64,000 nt of DNA, taken from Verrucomicrobiota bacterium (lineage in GTDB: Bacteria > Verrucomicrobiota > Verrucomicrobiia > Opitutales > Cerasicoccaceae). The translations under genes and the position numbers were made by a program. Shown in pieces: positions 19,695 through 29,415 of this stretch. The number at the start of each line of letters is the position of its first letter. Position 1 is the stretch's first letter. The notes under the pieces were generated by a model. The model saw only the letters and a program-made list of their open reading frames with translations. It did not search any database and had not been told where the DNA came from. The stretch covers positions 320,001-384,000 of the forward strand of contig JBCBUK010000001.1 of assembly GCA_039818205.1 (NCBI GenBank). The letters run 5' to 3'.

Positions 19695-20297
19695 TCAACC
19701 GAGCTGGTTGGCTATCGTATCGATAGCACTGTCAAAAGGAGACATGCCATCGACCACAAAATCCGCTTGATCTCGGCCTGGCTCCACAAATTTTTCATGC
19801 ATTGGCCGAACGGTCTCGACATACTGATCCAGGATCGAACCCAGATTGCGTCCGCGAGTCGCCAGGTCTCTCCGTAAGCGACGTTCCAAACGGATATCAG
19901 CTGGCGTATCAACAAACACGGTGCAATCAAACTGCTCGACCAATTCAGGCACCGCAAACAAAAGTACACCATCCACGACAATATACGGAGTCGGCTCTAT
20001 CGATTCTGTTTCAGCCTGCCGTCGATGAGTCTCGAAATCATAGCACGGAATGCGCACTGCATGGCCCTCACTCAGCTGCGCCAAATGTTCAATGCACATT
20101 GCAATGTCTAAAGCCTCCGGATGGTCATAGTTACCTAGAACCAATGCCGGTATTGCCTCCGGGCTTCGGTAGTAGGCATCGAGAGAAAACCCAGACGCCG
20201 GTTGAAAACGTTGATCGGCCAAAATCGCCTCAGCCAGAGTCGTCTTACCACTACCGCTGCCACCGCAAACCCCAATAATATAGCTTCGCTTACCCAT
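19695..20297 (-). CDS. udk: Uridine kinase
   Basis: 'GVCGGSGSGKTT', 'DAYY', 'NYDHPEALD', 'RLRRD..RGR', 'VRPMHEKFVEP'. Confidence 0.92.
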   Translation of the reverse strand: MGKRSYIIGVCGGSGSGKTTLAEAILADQRFQPASGFSLDAYYRSPEAIPALVLGNYDHPEALDIAMCIEHLAQLSEGHAVRIPCYDFETHRRQAETESIEPTPYIVVDGVLLFAVPELVEQFDCTVFVDTPADIRLERRLRRDLATRGRNLGSILDQYVETVRPMHEKFVEPGRDQADFVVDGMSPFDSAIDTIANQLG

Positions 20298-20303
20298 GAT
20301 GAC

Positions 20304-21413
20304 TTACTCTCCGGCGGATGCGGGTGCCGCACTGGCAGCGCTTGGCGACGCAGAGACCGGCACCGACACGGTTGCGCCAGTGTCGCCTCCCGCCAAACGA
20401 GAACCCTCGTTGATCGCAATTGCCTGTGCCGCACTGCGAACAACCTGCTTCAGATATTCGTAGGCAGTCTCCCATGGATTTTGAGGAATCCAAACAATGT
20501 CCGACGGCTGCAGGTAAACGTCGGGCATCTCGCCAGTCATAATCTTATGAAAATCCACCACCGCGACTTGCGGCTCCCGCAATGATCCGCGAACAATAAC
20601 AACCTGCGACAGGTAGGCTTTTTGAGTTGGCCCCAACCCATACGCGATCGCCTCTGCCAAAGTCAGTTCATCTTTAAATGAAACCGCCTTGGGTTGATTA
20701 ATTCGCCCCAGAATAAGCACCGAACTTGCCTGAGCTGATGGCAGGTAGATGTAGTCGTTGTGCTCCAAATAGATGTTCTGAGTCATGTCACCGTCACGAA
20801 TAAGCTTTGTGAAGTCGACCGGGAGAACCTCGCCATCGCGAATAACAATACTATGCCCGAGATCTGCCAGCTCTTCTGTCGAGCCGGAGAATCGTGCGCT
20901 GAATAAACCGCCAGACATCGCAATTGCCTCGATCAAAGTGGTTGGTTGACGCAGCGGATAGAGCCCGGGATTGTAGACGCGCCCAAGCAACCAGTAGCGT
21001 CGACTCTTGACTTCAACCAGGGTGATATTGACGACCGGTTCGGCATAGTCTTGAACGAGCGCATCAGTCAACGCCCGACTCAGCTCCCTGATCGTCAGAC
21101 CTTCTGCCTTCACCCCACCGGCCAAATTGTAGTAAACCATACCATCAGGCATAATGAAGGTTCGCGCTAAGGTTCCGGGGATCTCAGCAACCTCGATCTC
21201 TAAAATATCGCCGGGTCCAAGGCGGTAAGGTGCCGTTGATGGCCGGAGCATCTCGGGTGTTAATTCTGCCTCTGGCTCTAGGATCTCAAACTCGGGATCC
21301 TGAGCGTTCCCAACCGGCGCGTAGGCATCAAATGTCGGTTCTGGCGCCTGCAAACAACCACCGAGAATCAGGAGGACTCCAAGCAATAGTCCTATCGAAC
21401 ATACGCGACGCAT
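20304..21413 (-). CDS. Polysaccharide export lipoprotein (Wza/OPX family, SLBB domains)
   Basis: Lipobox 'LGGC', 'YRLGPGDILEI', 'PDG', SLBB repeats ('LIEAIAMSGG', 'LQPSDIVWIP'). Confidence 0.88.
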   Translation of the reverse strand: MRRVCSIGLLLGVLLILGGCLQAPEPTFDAYAPVGNAQDPEFEILEPEAELTPEMLRPSTAPYRLGPGDILEIEVAEIPGTLARTFIMPDGMVYYNLAGGVKAEGLTIRELSRALTDALVQDYAEPVVNITLVEVKSRRYWLLGRVYNPGLYPLRQPTTLIEAIAMSGGLFSARFSGSTEELADLGHSIVIRDGEVLPVDFTKLIRDGDMTQNIYLEHNDYIYLPSAQASSVLILGRINQPKAVSFKDELTLAEAIAYGLGPTQKAYLSQVVIVRGSLREPQVAVVDFHKIMTGEMPDVYLQPSDIVWIPQNPWETAYEYLKQVVRSAAQAIAINEGSRLAGGDTGATVSVPVSASPSAASAAPASAGE

Positions 21414-22372
21414 CAGGGAGTAATAATATTAGGCGTGTGAATATTGACGTAGGTAACCGCGGCACTCGTGATAAACGCCCGTATCGCCAAGTCGGTTAGC
21501 TCCTCCAACTCTGCGGTTGGCCGGTCCGCAACATAAATAATGTCTTTGGGTTTCAGCCGGAAGTCCTTCTCCTTGCCGGTCAAAATATCGGCTACGTTAA
21601 TTTCAAAGACTTCGGGCTCAGAAATACTACCGCGCACCACGATGACCCGGTGAACCCAGGCTTTCGGATTAAAGCCAAGCCGTCTGGTCAAGGCCGTAAC
21701 AATAGTTGCATTCGGGGTGAAGCTCTGGACACCAGGTTGGCCAACTGAACCAAAAACATAATACTCGTTGGTAACATTTGAGGCGATATAGATGTAGTCG
21801 TTCGGCTCAATGCTGATATTCTGGCTCATATCGCCCTCAAGAAAAAGCTTCTGAAAATTCACATCTAATCGCTCCTCTCCTCGCACAATAAACGAGCGCT
21901 CCATATCCGCCAATTCGATTGTGTTTTGCTCAAAGAGTCCAACTTCCAATCCGCCCGCACGGGCAACTGCTTCCACGAGAGTCAGCGGCCGATCCAGCGT
22001 AAACACGCCGCGCTTCATGACCTTACCCATAATCGAGAAACGTTTGCTCCCGACCTCTTCAGGCGTGATAATCACCCGCGGATTGCGAAAGTTTGTCGAG
22101 AGTCCTTTCTCAAATGCAATTCGTGCCTCGTCAATAGTGAGGCCATTGACATCGATATTGTTTGCTTGGAGATAGCTTACGGTTCCATCGGGGGCAATCC
22201 GGATGCCAGGACGGTCCAGTTCGGGTCGGCCGTAAAAGGAGAAATTTATCACATCGCCAGGGCCAAGTTCATAGCGATCTCGCCAAGACGAGTTATCACT
22301 ATTGGCAATCTGCTGGGCCAAACTCAGTACCGGTGCAGCGAGAACCAAATATACCAAATAAGCGCGGATCAT
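21413..22372 (-). CDS. Second polysaccharide export protein (Wza/OPX family, no lipobox)
   Basis: Sec signal, 'YELGPGDVI', 'IAPDG', 'LVEAVARAGG', 'LKPKDIIYV'. Confidence 0.88.
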   Translation of the reverse strand: MIRAYLVYLVLAAPVLSLAQQIANSDNSSWRDRYELGPGDVINFSFYGRPELDRPGIRIAPDGTVSYLQANNIDVNGLTIDEARIAFEKGLSTNFRNPRVIITPEEVGSKRFSIMGKVMKRGVFTLDRPLTLVEAVARAGGLEVGLFEQNTIELADMERSFIVRGEERLDVNFQKLFLEGDMSQNISIEPNDYIYIASNVTNEYYVFGSVGQPGVQSFTPNATIVTALTRRLGFNPKAWVHRVIVVRGSISEPEVFEINVADILTGKEKDFRLKPKDIIYVADRPTAELEELTDLAIRAFITSAAVTYVNIHTPNIITP

Positions 22373-24342
22373 GTTGGATTATTCGCGGGTTTCTTACTCA
22401 ATAGCACGCCCAGGAGCAAACCTGCGTGTTCAAAACCAGCCGCTAGCGGATTCGGTGCTGGTCGGCGCATTAGTATCATCCCATCGGGCTGCTGCAGCGT
22501 ATTTACGTATAGTCGCAAGTCCTTCTTCACCTGAGCGATCGGGTAAGTTTCATCGACCATGCAAAGCCAATGACCAACCTGCTCCAAAATCGGGATAATG
22601 GCTGGATAGGGATCGCCGCGGAGGCGCAAAAGCACTGGCCCTGCCCGTAGATTCTCCTCCGCCCAGGTGCGCCAGTCATCCAGATCCCGCCAAGCGACTT
22701 GTTGACCCTCGGAGCCACCGATATCCGAAGGTTTCTGGCTTAGGTCCAGGACTTTCAGAGGTGTGTCGTCGGATTCTGCCATCTGAAACAGCGTTTGCCA
22801 AAACGCGCATTCATTCTCCATATCAGCATGAGCCGTGACGATGGCGAGATAACCGTCACGTTGGAGTCGAATAAGGTCGGTCAACCAAAACGCGTTTAGA
22901 TCTGCCCGCCAACTGTCGCGACTCTCCGTCGACAGACTAAGAACCGGTTGCGCCCCAGCCGCAATGGCGTACGACAACGGGAAATAGGGACTCGGCCGAC
23001 GCTTTTCGAGAAACACGCTCAGAGCCAGTCCCAAAAATGCACCGCCGCTAAATCCTGCAAATCCGAGCAACAGGGCCTTCTTTCGGTTAACGGTTGCACT
23101 GACATCGCCCATGGACGGGTTTTGAAATACCTCCCAATATCCGGGTGCGTTCTCGGCAAAGATGCGCGCCTCCTGCAGCCGGCTATTCAATAACTCGAAG
23201 GCTCCACGAAGTTGGTCTCGTTGTTGCAAAAGTTCGCTATAGCGCAGGATCTGCCGTGGTAAGTGTTGCAAACGGCCCTTTTGTTCCTCGAGCAGTCGTT
23301 CGTATTCCTTGACCCGCTGATTTAACTGCAGCAGCTGGTTACGCGCTTGAACCACCTCCAAATACAGTTGGTTGCCGAGCGGCGTCCCCGTATAGCGCCG
23401 CAAGTCGTCACCCGGATCTTCCTTCTCTTCTTTCAGCTTCTCTTTCAAATATTCAATCGCATACAGCTTCTCTTTGACCAAGGGATTCGAGTCCGTGTAT
23501 CGACCCCGCAATTCCGCTAACTCTTCATTCGCAGATTTGAGCTGATCGGATATCGGACTCAGCTCTTGAAGCTCGGAAACCAGTGACTTGAGCTGCTCAC
23601 TCTTTGACTTTAGAAGGATACGAGCATCTTCCAGCTGGAGTTCCATCGTTGCAATTGCCCGGAGAGACGCTTCCAATTGTTTATCACCATCCAGAAAGTC
23701 GTTATCGGAAGAGAAATTCAGTAAGCGCTGATTTACTTCCTCAAGGTCACGGGCCAAGTCGCTACTTTCTTCATCGAGGAGTTCAAGCATCGTCACCGAC
23801 TCCCGGCGCTGCAGCCCGATCGTATAGTAGACGATCTCATCGGCCCAGAGCTTTACAGTATCAATTGCTGCCTGTGCACTTTGATCACTGTGCACTGTGA
23901 TGTAGAAAAAATCTGTCCCTTCTAGTTGTTCAATATCAACCGACCCCTTGAGCTTCTCCGGATCGATGCCCATAGCCGTCGCCGTTTTGTAGATCGCCTC
24001 GTTGGCGAATAGAGTTGAGCGCAAACTGCGATCATTCAACTCGCGGGGGCGAAAAGCATTGCCCTGCTCTGCAGCCTTAATCACGGAAGTCACCGGTTTC
24101 TTGATCAACTGCAGCGAAACCGAATAGGTCATCGTATTGAACGAAGAGCCAACGACGAATCCGATCACGGCCAGAACAAGCGCGAAACCAATCGGCCAAT
24201 AGCAACGCAAGACCAAGGCATAAACCCAACGGAGCGGATCGAAGCCGAGCGGGAATTTGAACCCGGGAGCTGACGAACTCGACTTCTCGGATGGAGAAGC
24301 AGCGTTGGCTGGGCGATCCCTGGGGACATCACTCATGATCAA
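22369..24342 (-). CDS. Wzc/GumC-like polysaccharide co-polymerase with degenerate C-terminal kinase-like domain
   Basis: Two TM helices flanking a long coiled coil; 'YTDSNPLV' matches the GumC-type YT..HP.V motif. Confidence 0.8.
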   Translation of the reverse strand: MIMSDVPRDRPANAASPSEKSSSSAPGFKFPLGFDPLRWVYALVLRCYWPIGFALVLAVIGFVVGSSFNTMTYSVSLQLIKKPVTSVIKAAEQGNAFRPRELNDRSLRSTLFANEAIYKTATAMGIDPEKLKGSVDIEQLEGTDFFYITVHSDQSAQAAIDTVKLWADEIVYYTIGLQRRESVTMLELLDEESSDLARDLEEVNQRLLNFSSDNDFLDGDKQLEASLRAIATMELQLEDARILLKSKSEQLKSLVSELQELSPISDQLKSANEELAELRGRYTDSNPLVKEKLYAIEYLKEKLKEEKEDPGDDLRRYTGTPLGNQLYLEVVQARNQLLQLNQRVKEYERLLEEQKGRLQHLPRQILRYSELLQQRDQLRGAFELLNSRLQEARIFAENAPGYWEVFQNPSMGDVSATVNRKKALLLGFAGFSGGAFLGLALSVFLEKRRPSPYFPLSYAIAAGAQPVLSLSTESRDSWRADLNAFWLTDLIRLQRDGYLAIVTAHADMENECAFWQTLFQMAESDDTPLKVLDLSQKPSDIGGSEGQQVAWRDLDDWRTWAEENLRAGPVLLRLRGDPYPAIIPILEQVGHWLCMVDETYPIAQVKKDLRLYVNTLQQPDGMILMRRPAPNPLAAGFEHAGLLLGVLLSKKPANNPT

Positions 24343-24366
24343 TCAGTCGATGGGTATTTTCCGCGT

Positions 24367-25506
24367 TCAAGGCAATTCTCGGATTAATGTTTCGACAAAG
24401 CGATCTTCAAATTGTTGTAGCGTATGATTTTCCAAAACCCGTCGACGTTGTTCTTCAACGAGCGCTCCTGGTTTCTTTATCGCCATTTTTAGGGCTTCGA
24501 TAAGCTTCGATTCGTCTCCGTGCGGGTATCGCCAAGCTTCGGGAAGGAAATCATGCATACCATCATTGTCCGACCCAACAATTGGAACACCGCAAGCAGC
24601 AGCTTCCAGCATAACGAGTGGGACTCCTTCAAACCGAGACGGGATCAGGAGGCAATCGAGGGCCGGATAGAGTCGCTCGGGGTGCTTCTCCCATTGTCGT
24701 AAAACGACTCGATCTCCCATGTTCAATTCTCCGATGAGCTGAGTCATTCGAGAATGATCTGGACCATCTCCGACCAGAAGCAGCTTCGCTTCGCCAAGCT
24801 CGCCAGTCCATCGCGACATCGCCCTTAACAAGAAGTCTTGTTGCTTCTGATTGTATTCTACGCGCCCAAAGAGGCCGAGCAGGAGGCCGTCGGGCAATCC
24901 CTGCTGCTTACGAAACTCATCAGTATTACCCTGCAAGAAACGACCGGTATCGATGCCATTCTCAACAATATGGATTGGAGCATTCGCACCACGTTGACGT
25001 AGCATGTCCGAAATGCATTGGCTAATGGTCATCCAAGCATCTGGCACTCGAAACAAATACCCAGTTGTATGGTCTCGCAGAGCGCCGAGTTTGGCGCCCA
25101 TCTGCGCCATGGTATGAGCAACGGGAATATAGCTCATAAGGCGACATTCCGCCTTTTTGGCCGCAAGCATTGCGAGCGAGCTATCTTCAATCTCGCCTTG
25201 AAGGCAAACAACCAAATCCGGTGCCAAACCCGTGAACAGATTCGTCAGTTCATGATAAGCTCGACCCGAGACATGGTTACGCAGCGCCTGAAATTTTTTG
25301 GTGACCGCCGGCGCATATACTACCTCGAGGTTACCACCTTGCTTCTTAATGAGGTCCGTTTGTGCAACCAGCCGTTCGTTGCGTGGATTCAGCACAAACG
25401 TGGATCGGAACTGATCCGAACGGTTTGCCGCCGCAATGCCTCGAATCGCCATAAACTGATGACCGCCAAAATCGGGATTGTCGTCGTAAAATACGATGTG
25501 CTTCAT
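24367..25506 (-). CDS. GT4 glycosyltransferase
   Basis: 'FGGHQ', 'NGID', 'PSRFEGVPLVMLEA' (EX7E). Confidence 0.9.
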   Translation of the reverse strand: MKHIVFYDDNPDFGGHQFMAIRGIAAANRSDQFRSTFVLNPRNERLVAQTDLIKKQGGNLEVVYAPAVTKKFQALRNHVSGRAYHELTNLFTGLAPDLVVCLQGEIEDSSLAMLAAKKAECRLMSYIPVAHTMAQMGAKLGALRDHTTGYLFRVPDAWMTISQCISDMLRQRGANAPIHIVENGIDTGRFLQGNTDEFRKQQGLPDGLLLGLFGRVEYNQKQQDFLLRAMSRWTGELGEAKLLLVGDGPDHSRMTQLIGELNMGDRVVLRQWEKHPERLYPALDCLLIPSRFEGVPLVMLEAAACGVPIVGSDNDGMHDFLPEAWRYPHGDESKLIEALKMAIKKPGALVEEQRRRVLENHTLQQFEDRFVETLIRELP

Positions 25507-25508
25507 AG

Positions 25509-26822
25509 TTACTCAGGGCTGAACGCAAAATTAAATTGAGGTTTCTCCGCTCGTCCCAATACCCAATCATAAACCTGTCGCATCTGCCGGGCCTTCGCTG
25601 GCCACGTAAAGTTCTCCCGCACGAATCGACAAGCACGATCACCACGAGCTCGAACCTCTTCTGGATCGCTCACGAGTTCCTTTAGCACGTGTGTGAAGCC
25701 ATTCCGCAGATCGACAGTATTGTTGAAGGGCACACGCCAACCACAATCTTCTGGCAATAGCTCAGTTGGTCCAGCGTAGTCCGCAACCACTGGCGCAAGC
25801 CCGAGTGCCATGGCTTCCAAGACAACTCCACCGCCAAACTCTCTCACACTGGGAAAGGCAAAAACATCGGATTGTCGCAAACGCTCATGCAATTGCTCAT
25901 GCGGAATCCAACCCAAAAGATTTACCGACTCCTCCAGGTGATGCACCGCAACCAAATCCTTCAAGCGCCCCATCTCTGAACCGTCGCCAATAATATCCAG
26001 GTGCACGCGGTGGGTCTTCAGCAATGGAATTGCTGCCTCAAGCAACGTAACCGCTCCCTTGTAGGGAACCAATCGACCGACAAAAGCTATCTTCAAACAC
26101 CCATTCATAGCTGGCTTTTCTGACATCGGAAACCGAGTGGGATCGATTGCATTCTCCGGTATGTACACCGCTTTATCTCGTCGATCACTCGTGGTAACCG
26201 TCTCGCCAAAGGTATGATCAGAAGCCAACAAGAGCGCATCAGCAAGATCTCTTGTCTTGTTCAACCCCGGAGTGAGCTTGTAAAGGCCACGAACATAGCT
26301 CAACCACTCCTTCTCCTGTCGACGAATCTCATCAAAACCGGCCGGCCAAGGCACGCCACCGTTCAGTGGCCCTACTACAAATGGAACCTTGGCTCGGTGG
26401 AGTCGCTTTGCAATCGGACTTGATGTTGTTGGGCTCAAGGGTGTCACCCGGTGAACCAGGTCGAACTCACCATTATTGATCCGAGCCTCAATCATACGCC
26501 AAAGCTTCTTTTCAAAAACCGGATAAGCCAAGTTGTAGAAAGCAGAATAAATTGTCCACCCAAGGGTCTCACCGCCCCGCAAAATTTTTGCCACCTTAAA
26601 CGCCAGCCCCTGCATCTTGCGGTTGTCGACTGCCAGCAACCGATCGGTTGGAAAGCCTGATTCGATAATGGCGTCCCGATTACGCAGTTCAGTTGCCAAT
26701 TGAATGTCGGCCACCTCCAATAAAGCCTGGCTAAGCGAGTAGCCAATCAACGCAACACTGGTCAAACGAGGATTTGCTGCTTCGGCAATTACAAGAACCC
26801 GAGGTTGGCGTTCGTCAGTCAT
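25509..26822 (-). CDS. GT4 glycosyltransferase
   Basis: 'FVGRLVPYKG', 'FPSVREFGGGVVLEAM'. Confidence 0.9.
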   Translation of the reverse strand: MTDERQPRVLVIAEAANPRLTSVALIGYSLSQALLEVADIQLATELRNRDAIIESGFPTDRLLAVDNRKMQGLAFKVAKILRGGETLGWTIYSAFYNLAYPVFEKKLWRMIEARINNGEFDLVHRVTPLSPTTSSPIAKRLHRAKVPFVVGPLNGGVPWPAGFDEIRRQEKEWLSYVRGLYKLTPGLNKTRDLADALLLASDHTFGETVTTSDRRDKAVYIPENAIDPTRFPMSEKPAMNGCLKIAFVGRLVPYKGAVTLLEAAIPLLKTHRVHLDIIGDGSEMGRLKDLVAVHHLEESVNLLGWIPHEQLHERLRQSDVFAFPSVREFGGGVVLEAMALGLAPVVADYAGPTELLPEDCGWRVPFNNTVDLRNGFTHVLKELVSDPEEVRARGDRACRFVRENFTWPAKARQMRQVYDWVLGRAEKPQFNFAFSPE

Positions 26823-26843
26823 AATTAAGTTGGCCTGAATTCA

Positions 26844-28355
26844 TTAGGTATTGTTACCGTCTCGGCAAAGCAATTCAAGATCAGGTTTTGGCTCAATCAA
26901 ACGTGGTCGTGGTCGGCCGACCGGAACACTCGTTGCTTCTGATATCTCATTATTTTGCGCCTGTTGTCGCTTACCGTCCCAAGTTGCAGGACGGTACCCC
27001 TGCCGACGCCATACCTCGATCCGCATCAGCACTCCAACAAAGACCATCCAAGTCGTGATGTTCTTAGTCTGCGTGAGGACCCGCTCGAGGTTACTGTGCA
27101 AATAGGTGATGCCAAAGGCCACTCCGATGCCAAGACACAAGAAGCCCAGCATTGATTTTCGAAAATGCCATACTCCGCGAAAACACCAATAAAGCGTGCA
27201 GGCTTCAAACAAGATAAACGCAGCCAGGGCCAAATAGCCCGTTTCAGCCAAGATCAACCAATAGTGACTCTCGGTCAGTGGATTCGCATAATAATGCTCG
27301 GCCACGATGGTGTGACCACGGTTTGCATTCCACGCCTCAAGTAGCTTGCTGTAACGTGCGCCTTCTGGTCGGCTGTTGGCTATTCCAAAGCTATTCCAAC
27401 CGACCCCAATAAACGAGTCGTCCAGCATGGCCTTGGACTGTTGACTCAGAATCCATCGTAGATCATTCTCTGGTCCGGAGTCTTCGGAAGATTCAAAGCG
27501 GTTGACGAGGGTATCCATCGCCAGCAGCAGAACAATGCCACCAGCAGATCCCATGAGCACCAATACTCCCAAGCGCTTCATGGTAATGCCACGTAGAAAA
27601 CTAACCCCAAGAACGAATATAGCCCCCACTCCCATTGCGGCTAACGAGGCACGGCTCACCGAAAACACAATGCTCAACCCGGCTGCTCCAAAGCCAATGA
27701 AATACCACAGAGAATCTCGAAAGCGGATATCTTTGGCCAATGAAACTGCCAGTAGTGGAAGGCCGACGAAATAACACCACATCGCCATCGGATTTTGGTG
27801 CTCAAACCAAGCCGGAATTTGATAACGGCCCTCAAGGTACCGCATCTTGATACATACAAGAACGTTGATCACCAGGGCCAATGCGAAGGCTCGCAATATC
27901 CACAGGATATCCTCCTCATCCTCAATCGCCAAACAAACCCCTACCGCGACAACGAATATCATCGCGAACTTCCATGCAGCCATCAGCCCATAAAGCGGTT
28001 CGAATGCGATCGGTAATGACAGGCAGGCGGCAAATAGGTAGAGCCCATAGGCGACAACACCGGGTAGGCGAAAGAGCGGTTTCTTACCTCGAGTAATTGC
28101 CGCAAGGATGAAGCCAAAGCCAACCATCCAAAGTATATTGAACTCGAATCCTTTTGTATGACCGCGATACCAATCAATCGAATACAGATTCAAGGTAAAG
28201 TTTCCCGGCGGTCGGACCAATAGCAAAACAATCCCGGCCAGGATCATTCGTCGCCAGACTTTGCTCTGGTTCACCAGATAGGCGACTACTAGCGGGACAA
28301 CTGCCATGCCCGTTAGAATAACCATTAACTTGATCAACAACTTGACTACTTCCAT
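26844..28355 (-). CDS. O-antigen ligase/Wzy-like polymerase
   Basis: About 12 TM segments, 'HQNPMA', 'SVSRAS', 'FIGVGWNSF', 'ESHYWLILAETG'. Confidence 0.8.
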   Translation of the reverse strand: MEVVKLLIKLMVILTGMAVVPLVVAYLVNQSKVWRRMILAGIVLLLVRPPGNFTLNLYSIDWYRGHTKGFEFNILWMVGFGFILAAITRGKKPLFRLPGVVAYGLYLFAACLSLPIAFEPLYGLMAAWKFAMIFVVAVGVCLAIEDEEDILWILRAFALALVINVLVCIKMRYLEGRYQIPAWFEHQNPMAMWCYFVGLPLLAVSLAKDIRFRDSLWYFIGFGAAGLSIVFSVSRASLAAMGVGAIFVLGVSFLRGITMKRLGVLVLMGSAGGIVLLLAMDTLVNRFESSEDSGPENDLRWILSQQSKAMLDDSFIGVGWNSFGIANSRPEGARYSKLLEAWNANRGHTIVAEHYYANPLTESHYWLILAETGYLALAAFILFEACTLYWCFRGVWHFRKSMLGFLCLGIGVAFGITYLHSNLERVLTQTKNITTWMVFVGVLMRIEVWRRQGYRPATWDGKRQQAQNNEISEATSVPVGRPRPRLIEPKPDLELLCRDGNNT

Positions 28356-28939
28356 GGGTCCAGCGTCTCAAGTATCTCCAATGTCGCTGGAGAGGTCAAC
28401 GGCTGATCACCCAAGGATTGAACCACAAGAAGAATTGGCTCTTCGCCAGCCAACCCGAAGGTCAATCGCCTCGCAGTTGCCTTGCCCCAAAAGCTTATCG
28501 GAGACACAAACCATTGGTCCGGAGTGCTGAACCAGAAAAGTGCATGTCGCTGCTCCCCGTCACGCTCAAGGATAAGGGACTGAACTGTGCCCCGCCTAGT
28601 TTCCAAGGACTGTTCACCCATAATCTTCCATCCCGAGCCAACAAAACAATATCGCGGATCGTGTACTGCGTGCCGGTTTCGTGATCCATCAATCGCCGAG
28701 AACAAGAACGGATCGCCAGAATGGGGATAAACAACCTTCTTGATAGCCGAGGCATCACCGAGCAGCTCACGCTCCTGGTCAGTCAGCGGAGTCTCTTGAC
28801 TTCGGAACGAACGGTCCGCAGTCGGGATCGACAGCAACTGTTCGACGGCATCCTTCTGTGGTAAAAATTCAACGACTAGGGTTAAAAGAATCCCAAGAAT
28901 ACTGATGACCCAAAGAATGCGACTTTGCCAGGCTTTCAC
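28346..28939 (-). CDS. Exosortase-associated EpsI-family protein
   Basis: One TM helix then 'HAVHDPRYCFVGSGW' (EpsI H-P-x-C-x-x-G-x-G-W pattern). GTG at 28939 overlaps the upstream TGA and follows GGAGG. Confidence 0.78.
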   Translation of the reverse strand: MKAWQSRILWVISILGILLTLVVEFLPQKDAVEQLLSIPTADRSFRSQETPLTDQERELLGDASAIKKVVYPHSGDPFLFSAIDGSRNRHAVHDPRYCFVGSGWKIMGEQSLETRRGTVQSLILERDGEQRHALFWFSTPDQWFVSPISFWGKATARRLTFGLAGEEPILLVVQSLGDQPLTSPATLEILETLDPWK

Positions 28940-29415
28940 TTGAGTCCTCCCTTCCACCATTTATATGAGAACGCCAGGCTTACAACCAGAAGACCGGACC
29001 GCAGCGGCCAGCCATTTCCTGGAATCTCGCGCGCAAGCCACCCAGTCGCGGGTAGCCATGAGAGCATTCCCGCTAGCCACAGCCACTTCCAAAATCCACC
29101 GGAGACCTGACCACCAACCGCCAAACCCAACGCCACGTGACGCGCGATATTCAGCGAGCCAAATATGCCAATCAGACAGGACAAAAGAGACAAAATCAAC
29201 AAGATGAAGTCAGGCTCCCAGCGCCCAGTTCGGATCTGCCTAGTCAAAACCGCAATGAGTGGAATCAGCCAAATGAGAAAAATCCAAACGGATCCCCGGG
29301 CATAAACATCGCTCTGCCAAATATCCGACAAGTTGCGAGCTGACCAAATACACAAACCGAGGACAAACAGGCTGGGCGCCCATGATTGACTATCCAAGCG
29401 CTTCGACTGATTCAT
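28936..29415 (-). CDS. Membrane protein resembling the N-terminal TM half of an exosortase (no catalytic residues)
   Basis: About 5 TM helices; 'LSDIWQSDVYARG' resembles the exosortase W..D..Y.HG motif; overlaps both neighbours. Confidence 0.55.
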   Translation of the reverse strand: MNQSKRLDSQSWAPSLFVLGLCIWSARNLSDIWQSDVYARGSVWIFLIWLIPLIAVLTRQIRTGRWEPDFILLILSLLSCLIGIFGSLNIARHVALGLAVGGQVSGGFWKWLWLAGMLSWLPATGWLAREIPGNGWPLRSGLLVVSLAFSYKWWKGGLK

